Below are positions 45,655 through 54,720 of a stretch of 56,402 nt of DNA, one piece after another; the stretch's first letter is position 1, and the number at the start of each line of letters is the position of its first letter. The translations under genes were made by a program, and so were the position numbers. The notes under the pieces are model-generated. The model was given only the letters and a program-made list of their open reading frames with translations. It made no database searches and was not told the DNA's origin. The DNA is from a virus (taxonomy: Duplodnaviria > Caudoviricetes): IMG/VR virus record IMGVR_UViG_3300042882_000312, positions 1 through 56,402 of that record; one strand, 5' to 3'.

Positions 45655-46092
45655 ATGTTTTTCACCACCAAATCTTTGAACGCCAACGCTCCCACTCCCA
45701 AGCAGCTCGAGTGGTTCGCCAAGCGTCAACTGCAATGCCCTGCTACCCGCGAGGAAGCCAGCCAGATGATCGCCGTCGAGATCGCCAAGCAGGAAACCGC
45801 TCCTGCTCCCGACAATGTTCTAGGCGCTGCCTACATGATGGGCGTTGGCCTGGGCTGGTGCGGCAAGGAATTGCCTGGCGCTGGCATTCGCGAGGCGATG
45901 ACCCAGGTCAAGATTCTGGAGTGCGTGCAAGCAATCCAGCGAGCCATGCTGGACGACAGCAAGACTCAGGACGACGTGGACAGCGCCGTCAAGATGCTGA
46001 TGGCAACCTGCATGGAACGCTTGGCCAAGCCGATGGCTGTCGAGCGCCGTGTGGTGAACCAGATGCCCGTCGCTGAAGAAGCGCCGATGTAA
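45655..46092 (+). CDS. Early hypothetical protein
   Basis: AAGGA RBS; PTPKQL..TREEASQMI; followed by terminator. Confidence 0.75.
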   Translation: MFFTTKSLNANAPTPKQLEWFAKRQLQCPATREEASQMIAVEIAKQETAPAPDNVLGAAYMMGVGLGWCGKELPGAGIREAMTQVKILECVQAIQRAMLDDSKTQDDVDSAVKMLMATCMERLAKPMAVERRVVNQMPVAEEAPM

Positions 46093-46095
46093 GAC

Positions 46096-46160
46096 AAAGG
46101 GGGTGGCTACGGTCACCCCTTTTTCTTTTTCAAAGAGCTACTCCCAATCCAGTATTTACA
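46096..46160 (+). promoter_or_regulatory. Terminator + CTCCC-N7-TATTTACA module, copy 1
   Basis: Hairpin with T-tract, TTCAAA, CTCCC 46141, TATTTACA 46153. Confidence 0.7.
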
Positions 46161-46177
46161 CGAGAGGACACCGATGA

Positions 46178-46792
46178 ATGACTGCACCTGACTTTCAATA
46201 CGTTCACGACCAGTACTACCTGGCGATCGTCAATGACGGCACTTGGCACAACAACCTTCAGGCTGTGCTTAATGACCGCAACTTCAAGCCGTTCGTCACG
46301 AGGGTGGATGACTTCGCAGACATCCTGCGCAAGAGGCACAAGCTTGACGACCTCGACCTGAACCACAAGGTCTACATCAGGCTGATGGTGCTCGAGTACA
46401 TGCTGAGCAAAGAGATGGTCCGCGCCAGGTTTGTCAACGACGACATCTTCTGCAAGCACATCAGCTATGCACACAGCCACGGCTTTGGCTGGCTTGCCAG
46501 CCGAGTGATGGGCACCAATCCCGCAACCCCCGAGGCCATCAATGGCCAACCAGAAACCCAACCTATCCAGGAGAACCCTATGCCTTCCATCGAAATCAAG
46601 AACATCACCTACATCAACAACGCCGACGTGAGAGCACTCAGCGACGAGCAGCTCATCGGCACCATCAAGAATATCGAGCTTGAGATTGCTGACCTGGGGC
46701 TGGTCAAGACCGAGTCGGTCAAGATCAAGGCCAAGATCGCCGCGTTGCAAGACACGCTGACCAAGGTCGTCGCCATCCTCGACGCCCGGTAA
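46178..46792 (+). CDS. Early hypothetical protein with C-terminal coiled coil
   Basis: GAGGA RBS; possible internal start MPSIEIK with AGGAG. Confidence 0.75.
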   Translation: MTAPDFQYVHDQYYLAIVNDGTWHNNLQAVLNDRNFKPFVTRVDDFADILRKRHKLDDLDLNHKVYIRLMVLEYMLSKEMVRARFVNDDIFCKHISYAHSHGFGWLASRVMGTNPATPEAINGQPETQPIQENPMPSIEIKNITYINNADVRALSDEQLIGTIKNIELEIADLGLVKTESVKIKAKIAALQDTLTKVVAILDAR

Positions 46793-46810
46793 ACACCATG
46801 ACCCCATGAC

Positions 46811-46867
46811 AAGGGAGCTTCGGCTCCCTTTTTCTTTTCCAGAACCACTCCCGATTCAATATTTACA
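46811..46867 (+). promoter_or_regulatory. Terminator + CTCCC-N7-TATTTACA module, copy 2
   Basis: GGGAGC-TTCG-GCTCCC with T-tract; CTCCC 46848; TATTTACA 46860. Confidence 0.7.
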
Positions 46868-46879
46868 CAAGGAGCAGGC

Positions 46880-47074
46880 ATGACCGAAGTCATCAGCATT
46901 GACCGCTATGAGCCCGACTACAAACACAAGTGCGAAGTCTGTGGGCAGAAACCGGTAGTCACCGGCACGAAGAACGGCAAGGTCGTTTACCAGGGTGAGA
47001 TGTGTGGCCCTTGCACCTGGGGGGAATCCAGCGCCGTCGACCCGTCCACATGGAATCAAGGAGATCAGGCATGA
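46880..47074 (+). CDS. Small Zn-ribbon protein
   Basis: CEVC..CGPC; AAGGAG RBS. Confidence 0.7.
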   Translation: MTEVISIDRYEPDYKHKCEVCGQKPVVTGTKNGKVVYQGEMCGPCTWGESSAVDPSTWNQGDQA

Positions 47075-47439
47075 CCACCGACACCATCACCCTTCAGTCC
47101 GAGCTCGAGCAGTTCATCGGCACTGAGCAGTACCACTTCAACCCGCTGTACCGGTGGATGAACTACACGGACGGCGTCAAGTACTTCGCCACCAATGCAG
47201 GCGGCGGATCTTACTGGCTGCTCGACATCATCGGCACCGAGCTGCAACCACTGGCCCGCAAGCACAGGTTCATGACTGTCGATCTGCGGGTTCACGCCAA
47301 TGAGTCGTGCGACATCGTCGTCACCGATGGCAACGACAGCGAGCTGTGGGCCAAGCGAGTCTCGTTCACCGACTGCCCGAAAGGAGACTGGCGCTTCTTC
47401 CTTCAGAGCGGCGTGCTGATGCTCACTTCGGAGTACTGA
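47071..47439 (+). CDS. DUF6876-like protein
   Basis: QFIGTEQYH..YTDGVKY..YWLLD..TDGN..FTD..LMLTSEY. Confidence 0.75.
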   Translation: MTTDTITLQSELEQFIGTEQYHFNPLYRWMNYTDGVKYFATNAGGGSYWLLDIIGTELQPLARKHRFMTVDLRVHANESCDIVVTDGNDSELWAKRVSFTDCPKGDWRFFLQSGVLMLTSEY

Positions 47440-47440
47440 C

Positions 47441-47752
47441 GTGGGCAGGATGAAGAAACTCTACGAGCTGTCTGAGCTCATCGACCGACGCACTTGTACC
47501 TACGGTGACCTCGACCAGGCGGCAGAGGTCATGCGCATGGCACACGCCGCGGTCAACCAGGTGCTGGACCTGGTGCGCAAGTCTGAGTTCCTGCTGAACG
47601 ACTGGCTTGCGACAAGCACCGAGCATGTGTTCGAGGAGCAGCCCGACATCGACGCAGCTCGCAACTACCTGCTCGAGGCAATCGAACTACTGGAGGAATC
47701 AACCAATGGAAGTACCAAAGGGCGAGGCACAGAGGCCGCTCACGCAGGCTGA
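47441..47752 (+). CDS. Hypothetical protein
   Basis: Contiguous ORF in operon. Confidence 0.65.
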   Translation: MGRMKKLYELSELIDRRTCTYGDLDQAAEVMRMAHAAVNQVLDLVRKSEFLLNDWLATSTEHVFEEQPDIDAARNYLLEAIELLEESTNGSTKGRGTEAAHAG

Positions 47753-47951
47753 GAAAGCAGCCAAGTCCATCGAGCGCATGAAGACGGAAGCGATCCATGC
47801 GCAGGCGATGCAGCTCGAGTACATGAGGCTCAGGCTCATCGACCTCGAGGACCAGGTCAAGCAACTGACCAAGGACAAACGAAGCCTTGAGCTCAAGCTC
47901 ATGTCTTCACAACGAATCATCAACGCACAAGGAGAACGTCGTGGGTCTTGA
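47706..47951 (+). CDS. Coiled-coil hypothetical protein
   Basis: GGAGG RBS before MEVPK. Confidence 0.65.
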   Translation: MEVPKGEAQRPLTQAEKAAKSIERMKTEAIHAQAMQLEYMRLRLIDLEDQVKQLTKDKRSLELKLMSSQRIINAQGERRGS

Positions 47952-48327
47952 TATGTACGCATTCACATGCGACCAGGAGCAAATCGGTGACAAGCAGGTC
48001 GACATCGACCTCGAGAAGATCAAGGAGCTGGACAAGAAGTTTGCCTACTGGCGCAAGTTCAACAACCTGCATCAGTGGATGGCAGACCTGTACTTCAAGA
48101 AGGGAGGACAGAGCAGCAGCTTTAACTGCGACACGGTCAGGCTCATGCGTGAAGACCTCGATCGCCTGGAGGCTGAGGCCAAGACGCTCAAGCCTGCATC
48201 CGGGTTCTTCTGGGGTGACGAGGATGAGATGACACCCGAGGCTACGCAAGAAGTGCTCGAGTTCGTTGAGAAGTCACGGCTTGCAATAGCCAACGGCAAG
48301 GCGGTGATCTACGACAGTTGGTGGTAA
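47941..48327 (+). CDS. Phage hypothetical protein
   Basis: MGLDMYA..YWRKFNNLHQWM..NC..GFFWG..YDSWW; AAGGAG RBS. Confidence 0.8.
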   Translation: MGLDMYAFTCDQEQIGDKQVDIDLEKIKELDKKFAYWRKFNNLHQWMADLYFKKGGQSSSFNCDTVRLMREDLDRLEAEAKTLKPASGFFWGDEDEMTPEATQEVLEFVEKSRLAIANGKAVIYDSWW

Positions 48328-48345
48328 TCACCAGCGATAAACAAC

Positions 48346-48401
48346 AACGCCCCTTCGGGGGCGTTTGCTATTCAAAGGCAACTCCCACTTCAATATTTAC
48401 A
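48346..48401 (+). promoter_or_regulatory. Hairpin + CTCCC-N7-TATTTACA module, copy 3
   Basis: AACGCCC..TTCG..GGGCGTT; TTCAAA 48371; CTCCC 48382; TATTTACA 48394. Confidence 0.7.
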
Positions 48402-48414
48402 TCAAAGGACAACG

Positions 48415-48585
48415 ATGAACACCAGAGCACTGAAGATCGTACGCCACCTGTTCTGCTCAGAGCACATACCACGCGAGCACAACCGTTCGTATCAACGCCA
48501 GTGGGTGAGACAGGTGCGACTGCTTGGCGACAAGTGGCTGCTGGCCAAGCACGTAAACAAAGGAGGTGGCCATGCTTCCGTATGA
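48415..48585 (+). CDS. Small basic protein (56 aa; not in the ORF track)
   Basis: MNTRALKIVRHLF..NRSYQRQWVRQVRLLGDKWLLA; AAGGA RBS. Confidence 0.7.
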   Translation: MNTRALKIVRHLFCSEHIPREHNRSYQRQWVRQVRLLGDKWLLAKHVNKGGGHASV

Positions 48586-48751
48586 CTACAGCCGATGCAA
48601 GCCTGAGCTGGTCGATACCTACTGCAAGAACTGCAAGCGGTGGGCAGACCACCCAGATCAGACATGGGGTGAGCGCACGCCATTCAACACAGCGGAGTCA
48701 TCGAGTGACGAGCGCTGCTCATACGTACCGATCGTGGGCGAGGACAAATGA
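48572..48751 (+). CDS. Small Cys-rich protein
   Basis: D.SRC..CKNCKRW..CSY; AGGAGG RBS. Confidence 0.65.
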   Translation: MLPYDYSRCKPELVDTYCKNCKRWADHPDQTWGERTPFNTAESSSDERCSYVPIVGEDK

Positions 48752-48936
48752 CCAGGCCAGTCGTCATCCTGTTCGCCGTGACGTACGTGTCGCTGTGTTC
48801 CTTCGGGATTTACCTGGCGTACCACAGTGCGCCGAAGGTCAAGCGCATCAACTGTTCAATCGCAGAGATAAGCCCTGACTTCACGCCTGAGATGCGTGCT
48901 CAGTGCCGAGCCATTAAAGGAGAAAGACTTCTATGA
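48748..48936 (+). CDS. Small membrane protein
   Basis: N-terminal TM; CSIAEISPDF..C. Confidence 0.65.
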   Translation: MTRPVVILFAVTYVSLCSFGIYLAYHSAPKVKRINCSIAEISPDFTPEMRAQCRAIKGERLL

Positions 48937-49370
48937 CCAAAGACGAAGCACTCGACAAGGCGCTGGAGGCGTTGACTGTCCTGCTGGATGAGTGGACGCA
49001 AGCAAGACAAGCGCAATTAAAAGGCATAGATGCCATCACCGCCATCAAGCAATCCCGTTCAGCACAGGTGCAGGAGCCTGTGGCGTGGCTGAAACGGCAC
49101 GAATTGGCAGACCTTCAGACATGCAATTACCGCAGGCTTGGTGCAGATAGCCCGCGCATCTGGGCACCTAATGCACCAGATGCCCCGCCGCCTGAACTGG
49201 ATTTGGTTGCCGTCTACACCACCCCACCCACAGCACAGCGGCAATGGGTTGGGCTGACGGATGAGCAGATAGACAAACTCTTTGGCGATGGCCCTTATGT
49301 GCCAGCTATGTTGTTGCGTAATGTTGCCAGAGCCATCGAAGCCAAACTCAAGGAGAAGAATGGCTCGTAA
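48933..49370 (+). CDS. Mosaic phage hypothetical protein
   Basis: QEPVAW..YTTPP..WVGLTDE..ARAIEAKLKEKN. Confidence 0.75.
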   Translation: MTKDEALDKALEALTVLLDEWTQARQAQLKGIDAITAIKQSRSAQVQEPVAWLKRHELADLQTCNYRRLGADSPRIWAPNAPDAPPPELDLVAVYTTPPTAQRQWVGLTDEQIDKLFGDGPYVPAMLLRNVARAIEAKLKEKNGS

Positions 49371-49755
49371 GCGTGCGAACCGGGACAAGGTACTGGCCGC
49401 ACTGCCAGGCAGCAACGCCGACGTGAGACAGCGCACAGGGTTGAGTCTGGCCACCACACACAGGTGGCTCAAAGACCTGCTCGATGCTGGCGACATTCAT
49501 GTGCATCACATGGAGGTCAACCCTCACGGCGGACCAATGATCCATGTGTATCACCCTGGCCCAGCGCCAGCGAAGCACATGATCAAGATGCCGAAGCTGA
49601 CCACCGATGCCGATCGAGTCAAGCAGTATCGACGTCGGCTCAAGAAGGACGGCGGATGGGAGGACCTGCTTGCCAAGAGCAGGGCTTACTACTGGACCAA
49701 GAAGAAACCACAGCGCGACCCACTGACGGCGGCGCTATTCGGAAAGCAAGCATGA
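49360..49755 (+). CDS. Putative winged-HTH DNA-binding protein
   Basis: ADVRQRTGLSLATTHRWLKDL; RDPLTAALFG. Confidence 0.65.
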   Translation: MARKRANRDKVLAALPGSNADVRQRTGLSLATTHRWLKDLLDAGDIHVHHMEVNPHGGPMIHVYHPGPAPAKHMIKMPKLTTDADRVKQYRRRLKKDGGWEDLLAKSRAYYWTKKKPQRDPLTAALFGKQA

Positions 49756-50228
49756 GGAAGAAGTCAAAGTACAAACCCAAGGGCGTGAGACTGGACACGA
49801 TGGCGTGGATCAAGAGCGGCATGCTCAAGGCTGCACAGGTGGGCGGCGGCGGCATCATCCTCGACACGCGCATCAAGAACCACAACGCCATCGACAAGCT
49901 GCGTCTTGGCCAGGCAGACAAGGACGACGTGGACATCCTGATCCAGGCGTTCAACGTCACCGAGGCGCTGGCTATCAAGAACATCGGCGATGACTTCAGA
50001 GCCGAGATCAAGGCTGGGCAAGACGCCATCTACAGCCTCGGCGTCAGGTCGGTAGGGATCGGGAGGTTCGTGGCCACAGGCCCCGAGCTCAGCGCCATCA
50101 ACCTGACGATGGAAGTTCACGACGCACAGCTCGACATCTGCACCGTCGCAGAGATGGAGAGTGCGCTCGACTACGTGTGGGATCAGATCAGGAAGAAGAA
50201 AGCCAGGAGGATTCCAGCGCCAGCTTGA
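49752..50228 (+). CDS. Hypothetical protein
   Basis: MRKKSKYKPK..TGPEL..HDAQL; coupled ORF. Confidence 0.75.
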   Translation: MRKKSKYKPKGVRLDTMAWIKSGMLKAAQVGGGGIILDTRIKNHNAIDKLRLGQADKDDVDILIQAFNVTEALAIKNIGDDFRAEIKAGQDAIYSLGVRSVGIGRFVATGPELSAINLTMEVHDAQLDICTVAEMESALDYVWDQIRKKKARRIPAPA

Positions 50229-50309
50229 TTCAGGGAGTGTCTTCCCCTCTTTGGGGAGGGGAATCCTCTCTTGCTGTTTGTATGTAGACCCTGTTTGAAC
50301 GTGACCTTG

Positions 50310-50333
50310 GCCCGCCTTATGGCGGGCTTTTTC
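50310..50333 (+). terminator. Intrinsic terminator
   Basis: GCCCGCC-TTAT-GGCGGGC-TTTTT. Confidence 0.75.
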
Positions 50334-50352
50334 ATTTCTATTCGGAGATCAA

Positions 50353-51711
50353 ATGAAACCGAACGCATACCTCATTCGGCTTATGAGCGGGACTCAAGGC
50401 GAGCAAGCCGCTTTTGCAAAGCGCATCGCAGATCGTGCAAGGGATGGCGGCAACGTCAACAGCCTGCTCTCAATCCTCGATCAATTCCCGCGCTACGTCG
50501 GCAACACCGTCTGCACATTCATGAGTGAAGATGACGACGGCCACCACATGCTTCGCATGCGCCTCGAGCTGCGCAACAAGTACCTGAGTGAAATGTCGAT
50601 GTACGGGCTGCACGACTGGCTCAACTCGTACAGCGATGCCGACGACTACGACGACATCATTGACTACCTCGAGCGCAAGAAGGGTCTGGTCCGCTGCGAT
50701 GACTGCGGTGAATGGGAGCTGGAAGATCACGCACGCTGCTACTACGGCAACGACGAAGCATCAATCTGCCGCAACTGCATCGACAACGAGTACCAATGGT
50801 CGGACCGTTACGACGAGTACGTCTACGGCGACGACGCAAGGACTGCGATCGACGAGAACGGCCAGCGCTGCACGATCTCCAGCGATGACGACAACTTCAG
50901 CTACAACGAAGACGAAGACACTTGGGTTCACGAAGACTACGACCCTGCATCCAGGATCATCGGCAACTACCACAGCAGCAAGCACTCGCAACGCGAGCAG
51001 CCAAGCGAGTGGACCAAGCTGAAGAAGCGCTACCTGGGTGTCGAGCTCGAGGTCGAGGTGATGTCGGATCGCGCAGACCGCGCCACCAAGGCCAAGGAAA
51101 TCTTCGAGCACGTCAACGACGGCGAGTTCGGCAAGCGTGTGTTCTTCGAGAACGATGGCTCGATCAGCCACGGCTTCGAGATCATCAGCCAGCCGATGGG
51201 TCTCGACAAGCATCGTGAGCTTTGGGCCTGGCTCAATGACCGCAGCCTGGTCAAGCATCTTCGCTCTCACAACACGACAACCTGCGGACTGCACGTTCAC
51301 GTCAGCAAGCAGAACCTGTCGAAGCTTCAGATCGCCAAGATCGTCACGTTCGTCAACGACGTAGACAACGAGCAGTTGATCCGCGCAGTCGCACGTCGGT
51401 ACGCCGAGGGCTATTGCAGGATCAAGCACAAGAAGATCGGCGCTGCTGCCCATTCAGAGGATCGCTACGAGGCGGTGAACATCACCTCTCGCAAGACGAT
51501 CGAGTTCCGCATCTTCAAGGGCAGCTTGAAGTACGAGTCAGTCATGGCAGCGATCGAGTTCTCGAACGCAGTCGTCGACTTCTGCGGCCTGGCCAAGACC
51601 TCAATCAAAGACCTCAAGGCAGACAAGTTCCTCGAGTTCATCAACAGCGACGAGTCGAACGAGACCGAGTTCCTGCGCCCCTACCTGGCACAGCGTCTCG
51701 AAGCAGCTTAA
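50353..51711 (+). CDS. Putative amidoligase (COOH-NH2 ligase, Amidoligase_2-like) with Zn-ribbon
   Basis: LGVELEVE, DGSI..GFEIISQP, TCGLHVHV, RYEAVN, TIEFRIFKGSL; CDDC..CRNC. Confidence 0.85.
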   Translation: MKPNAYLIRLMSGTQGEQAAFAKRIADRARDGGNVNSLLSILDQFPRYVGNTVCTFMSEDDDGHHMLRMRLELRNKYLSEMSMYGLHDWLNSYSDADDYDDIIDYLERKKGLVRCDDCGEWELEDHARCYYGNDEASICRNCIDNEYQWSDRYDEYVYGDDARTAIDENGQRCTISSDDDNFSYNEDEDTWVHEDYDPASRIIGNYHSSKHSQREQPSEWTKLKKRYLGVELEVEVMSDRADRATKAKEIFEHVNDGEFGKRVFFENDGSISHGFEIISQPMGLDKHRELWAWLNDRSLVKHLRSHNTTTCGLHVHVSKQNLSKLQIAKIVTFVNDVDNEQLIRAVARRYAEGYCRIKHKKIGAAAHSEDRYEAVNITSRKTIEFRIFKGSLKYESVMAAIEFSNAVVDFCGLAKTSIKDLKADKFLEFINSDESNETEFLRPYLAQRLEAA

Positions 51712-51740
51712 TCAAACATCAATTACCAAGGATCAACAAC

Positions 51741-52727
51741 ATGTGTCTTCTCGTTCAGCAAACCACGAGCTCCAACTTCACCGACGAGTTCCTCGCCGAC
51801 GTCTTCAACAAGAACCAGGATGGCCTGGGTGTGATGTACGCCGAGGATGACAAGCTGCACATCTTCAAGTGCTTGCCCGCCAACGCTCAGGAATTCATCG
51901 GCTTCTACCGCGCACACGCCGAGGGCAAGAACTGTGTGTGGCACGCACGCATGCAGACGCACGGCGACATCGACTTCGACAACTGCCACCCCTACATGGT
52001 GACGAGCGATGTCTGGCTCGCGCACAACGGCATCCTGTCGACAGGCAACGCCGCCGACAAGACCAAGTCGGACACCTGGCACTTCATCAAGAACTTCATC
52101 CGCCCAGCGTTGATCGGCAACCCAGAGCTGCTGACTGATCCCGAGTGGCAGAAGTTCGTCGGCGAGATCATCGGCCGCAGCAACAAGTTCGCACTGGTTC
52201 GCAACGATGGTGAGATCGTGGTCATCAACGCCAGCGCTGGCGTCAACTACGAGAACGCCTGGCTGTCGAACACGTACGCCTGGTCGTACTACAAGTTCAC
52301 CAACAACGGCGGCTACACCAACATGTACAGCGGGTACGGTGGCAGTCGTTCGCACTGGGCAGACGGCGACGATTACTACGACAACATGTACTCGAGCTAC
52401 GGCACCAACTTCAAGGACAAGACGACAGTGGCCAAGGGCTCGTACGTCAACGACAAGTCGGATGCCAAGCACGAGCTCACCACCCTCACGGCTGCGCAGG
52501 TTCGTCCGTACGTCAAGGCTGCGTTCAATCAGTGGTCGCGCCGCGGCGTAGAAGGTGTTGAGCAGTGGGTGTTCGACGCACCGCACAAGGCGGCGGCTCT
52601 GCTGTCGTACTGGTACGACGACGTCGACGATGTGTTCGACATGGTCGAGGACTTCCCTGAGACCGCAGCCGAGTGGATCGCTGACCTGTTCCAGTCCGAC
52701 TCGATCTCCCCCAGCCTCATCGACTGA
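51741..52727 (+). CDS. Class II (Ntn) glutamine amidotransferase
   Basis: N-terminal MC; NQDGLG; HARMQTHG; NCHPY; HNGIL; SDT. Confidence 0.88.
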   Translation: MCLLVQQTTSSNFTDEFLADVFNKNQDGLGVMYAEDDKLHIFKCLPANAQEFIGFYRAHAEGKNCVWHARMQTHGDIDFDNCHPYMVTSDVWLAHNGILSTGNAADKTKSDTWHFIKNFIRPALIGNPELLTDPEWQKFVGEIIGRSNKFALVRNDGEIVVINASAGVNYENAWLSNTYAWSYYKFTNNGGYTNMYSGYGGSRSHWADGDDYYDNMYSSYGTNFKDKTTVAKGSYVNDKSDAKHELTTLTAAQVRPYVKAAFNQWSRRGVEGVEQWVFDAPHKAAALLSYWYDDVDDVFDMVEDFPETAAEWIADLFQSDSISPSLID

Positions 52728-52741
52728 GCGGAAGGAGGACG

Positions 52742-52933
52742 ATGGACGACTGGAAGCAACACGTAAAGCTCGAGATCACGGACGCGTCGACAGACGTGTT
52801 CCGTCTTCTTCAAATCAATATGGCAATCAACGACATGAAGGAAATTGACCTGATCCCAAACACCGTACACACCGAACTCTCAACCCTCATCCAGACAGTC
52901 AACGATGTCAGCAATCAAGGCGGTAGCAAGTAA
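52742..52933 (+). CDS. Hypothetical protein
   Basis: AGGAGG RBS. Confidence 0.65.
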   Translation: MDDWKQHVKLEITDASTDVFRLLQINMAINDMKEIDLIPNTVHTELSTLIQTVNDVSNQGGSK

Positions 52934-53174
52934 GCGCGTTGAGCTGGAGTACCTGCTTGTCTGCAAGGATGGCTCGCGTGCGCGTGGTGCCAACCTTGAG
53001 GAAGCAACCCAGCGCATCAAGCGCATGACCAGCTCGCCGGTGATGATGTCGTTCCTGGTTCACCCAGAGACGACCATCAACAGCTTCGGGTACATCGTGT
53101 ACCCCGATGGCTACCCACCGGAGGAGATCACCTACAAGAAAGGAAAGGAGTGGACCGCCACCATCTCGAGATAA
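52905..53174 (+). CDS. Hypothetical protein
   Basis: Overlapping operon ORF. Confidence 0.6.
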   Translation: MSAIKAVASKRVELEYLLVCKDGSRARGANLEEATQRIKRMTSSPVMMSFLVHPETTINSFGYIVYPDGYPPEEITYKKGKEWTATISR

Positions 53175-53353
53175 GGCGTCTGATCAGGGGGCTCGGGCTT
53201 CGGCTCGAGTCCACCAATCAATCAGGCGGACACATCAAGGCATCCGTCCGCAAGGACGACATCATCAAGAACGTGATCTTCCCCGTCTCGCCAAGCGATG
53301 CAAGGTGGAAGCGAAACATGGAGTCTTACCTCAAGAAGACATTCAACCTATGA
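53150..53353 (+). CDS. Small basic protein (HicA-like pattern possible)
   Basis: GGHIK..VSPSDARWKRN. Confidence 0.55.
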   Translation: MDRHHLEIRRLIRGLGLRLESTNQSGGHIKASVRKDDIIKNVIFPVSPSDARWKRNMESYLKKTFNL

Positions 53354-53715
53354 CAGAAAAGAAATCACGCCGCAGCGTTACTCATCGCGCCGTCTCGCCA
53401 GCCGAGCGCATGACCATCATCCAGCTCTGGACCAGCGGGCAGGGCAAGGTCAAGGACATAGCCGATGCGATGCGGCGTCCACCCTCAACCATCTACAACG
53501 TGATCATCAACGCCGGGTTGTGGCCAGGCTACGATGACTACACACAGGCCGGGAAGATCAACAAGACGGGCGTCATCCGCCGACCTCGCGTCAAGAAGGT
53601 CGACAAGCCTGTCGAGATCAGCGCACCGGTCGAGCCTGCGCCAATGGCTCCCATCGAGTTGATCGCTGGCCCACGCCGTGGCGTGTGGCAGCGGATCAAA
53701 GACTTCTTCGCCTGA
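53350..53715 (+). CDS. HTH DNA-binding protein
   Basis: KVKDIADAMRRPPSTIYNVI. Confidence 0.7.
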   Translation: MTEKKSRRSVTHRAVSPAERMTIIQLWTSGQGKVKDIADAMRRPPSTIYNVIINAGLWPGYDDYTQAGKINKTGVIRRPRVKKVDKPVEISAPVEPAPMAPIELIAGPRRGVWQRIKDFFA

Positions 53716-53718
53716 CCA

Positions 53719-53776
53719 GTGGGGGCTTCGGCCCCCATTTCTTTTTTCAGACTCAGCCGCCAAGTCGATATTTACA
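53719..53776 (+). promoter_or_regulatory. Terminator + TATTTACA module, copy 4 (no downstream gene)
   Basis: TGGGGGC-TTCG-GCCCCCA with T-tract; TTCAGA; CCGCC 53757; TATTTACA 53769. Confidence 0.6.
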
Positions 53777-53789
53777 CGAGCCACAAAAG

Positions 53790-53821
53790 AAAAACCCCCG
53801 GTCAGGGTTGCCGGGGGTTTA
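53790..53821. terminator. Probably bidirectional terminator at the convergent junction
   Basis: AAACCCCCGG...CCGGGGGTTT. Confidence 0.7.
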
Positions 53822-53866
53822 TGGTTCAGCTCACCGCATTTGGGTGGAGGTACATACCTCAACGCT

Positions 53867-54316
53867 TCATGCCGCGATCTTATGTGGTGATTCGTTGCTT
53901 TGTAAAGCGGTATGCAAACGCTCCCTCACCAGGGTGGCAAACGCCTTGAGGCTCAGCTCAATGGTGAAGTCCACATCCTCGTCCCACTCCTCGTCCATCA
54001 TGAATCCCCACGGGATTCGCACACGCCACGAGCAGAAGTCCTCCCGGTACGCCAGCACTGGCTCGGCATCGACACGCTTCGCTTGATCCACGGCCTGCGC
54101 CCAGAACCTGACGATGTCCCCCTCCTTGATTACCTTGTACCGTTTGATCTCGATCGCGAAACCCTCTAGCCCCACGATGTCGTGACCGCCTTTGCGGGTC
54201 TGCTCGAGGTTGCGCTTGAGCGGCTCAGTCAGCGTGTCGCCCAGCAGCTCGGCCAGCTCCTTGCAGAACTCCCTCTCGGCGCTTGCGCCCTTGGCCCTTG
54301 AATTGATCTTGCCCAT
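53867..54316 (-). CDS. PD-(D/E)XK endonuclease, putative Holliday junction resolvase
   Basis: NSRAKGASAERE, GGHDI, IEIKR, WAQA. Confidence 0.8.
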   Translation of the reverse strand: MGKINSRAKGASAEREFCKELAELLGDTLTEPLKRNLEQTRKGGHDIVGLEGFAIEIKRYKVIKEGDIVRFWAQAVDQAKRVDAEPVLAYREDFCSWRVRIPWGFMMDEEWDEDVDFTIELSLKAFATLVRERLHTALQSNESPHKIAA

Positions 54317-54720
54317 CACTTGCCTTTCTTTTCCTTGCTGTCGATCTTACTGAGCCGCGACGAGAACTCCGCCATCAGCTCCTGCGCCACCGCCTGAATG
54401 GCGTACGCCTCCTGCTCACGGCCAGGCATTTGCTCGCCGTAGTAGTCGCAGTATTCCTGCCAGATGTGAACCGCCTCGTGGACCAGCAGGCCAGCCACCT
54501 CGATGGGGTCTCGTCCCTGCCATCCCGTGAGGCAAACAACGCAGGCCAGCCCTTTGCCTGAGATCAGGTGGTGCGCTGTTGCATCAGCCTGCTCGGACTT
54601 GATCCAGTGCGGCGGCGACTCGATCCTCAAGTGCCTCATCGCCTGCTTGTACTCTTGCTCACTCAAGCACAGGGTCAGGTACGGCCCAGGTGCTGAGATT
54701 CTTCGGTCCAACCAGTTCAT
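54316..54720 (-). CDS. Hypothetical protein with HEXXH motif
   Basis: LVHEAVHIWQ..E.EAY. Confidence 0.75.
   Translation of the reverse strand: MNWLDRRISAPGPYLTLCLSEQEYKQAMRHLRIESPPHWIKSEQADATAHHLISGKGLACVVCLTGWQGRDPIEVAGLLVHEAVHIWQEYCDYYGEQMPGREQEAYAIQAVAQELMAEFSSRLSKIDSKEKKGK

Noticed and set aside
46153-46160. TATTTACA motif as a dif/pdif XerD arm
   Set aside because: Poor match to the XerD arm and no XerC arm at 6-nt spacing.
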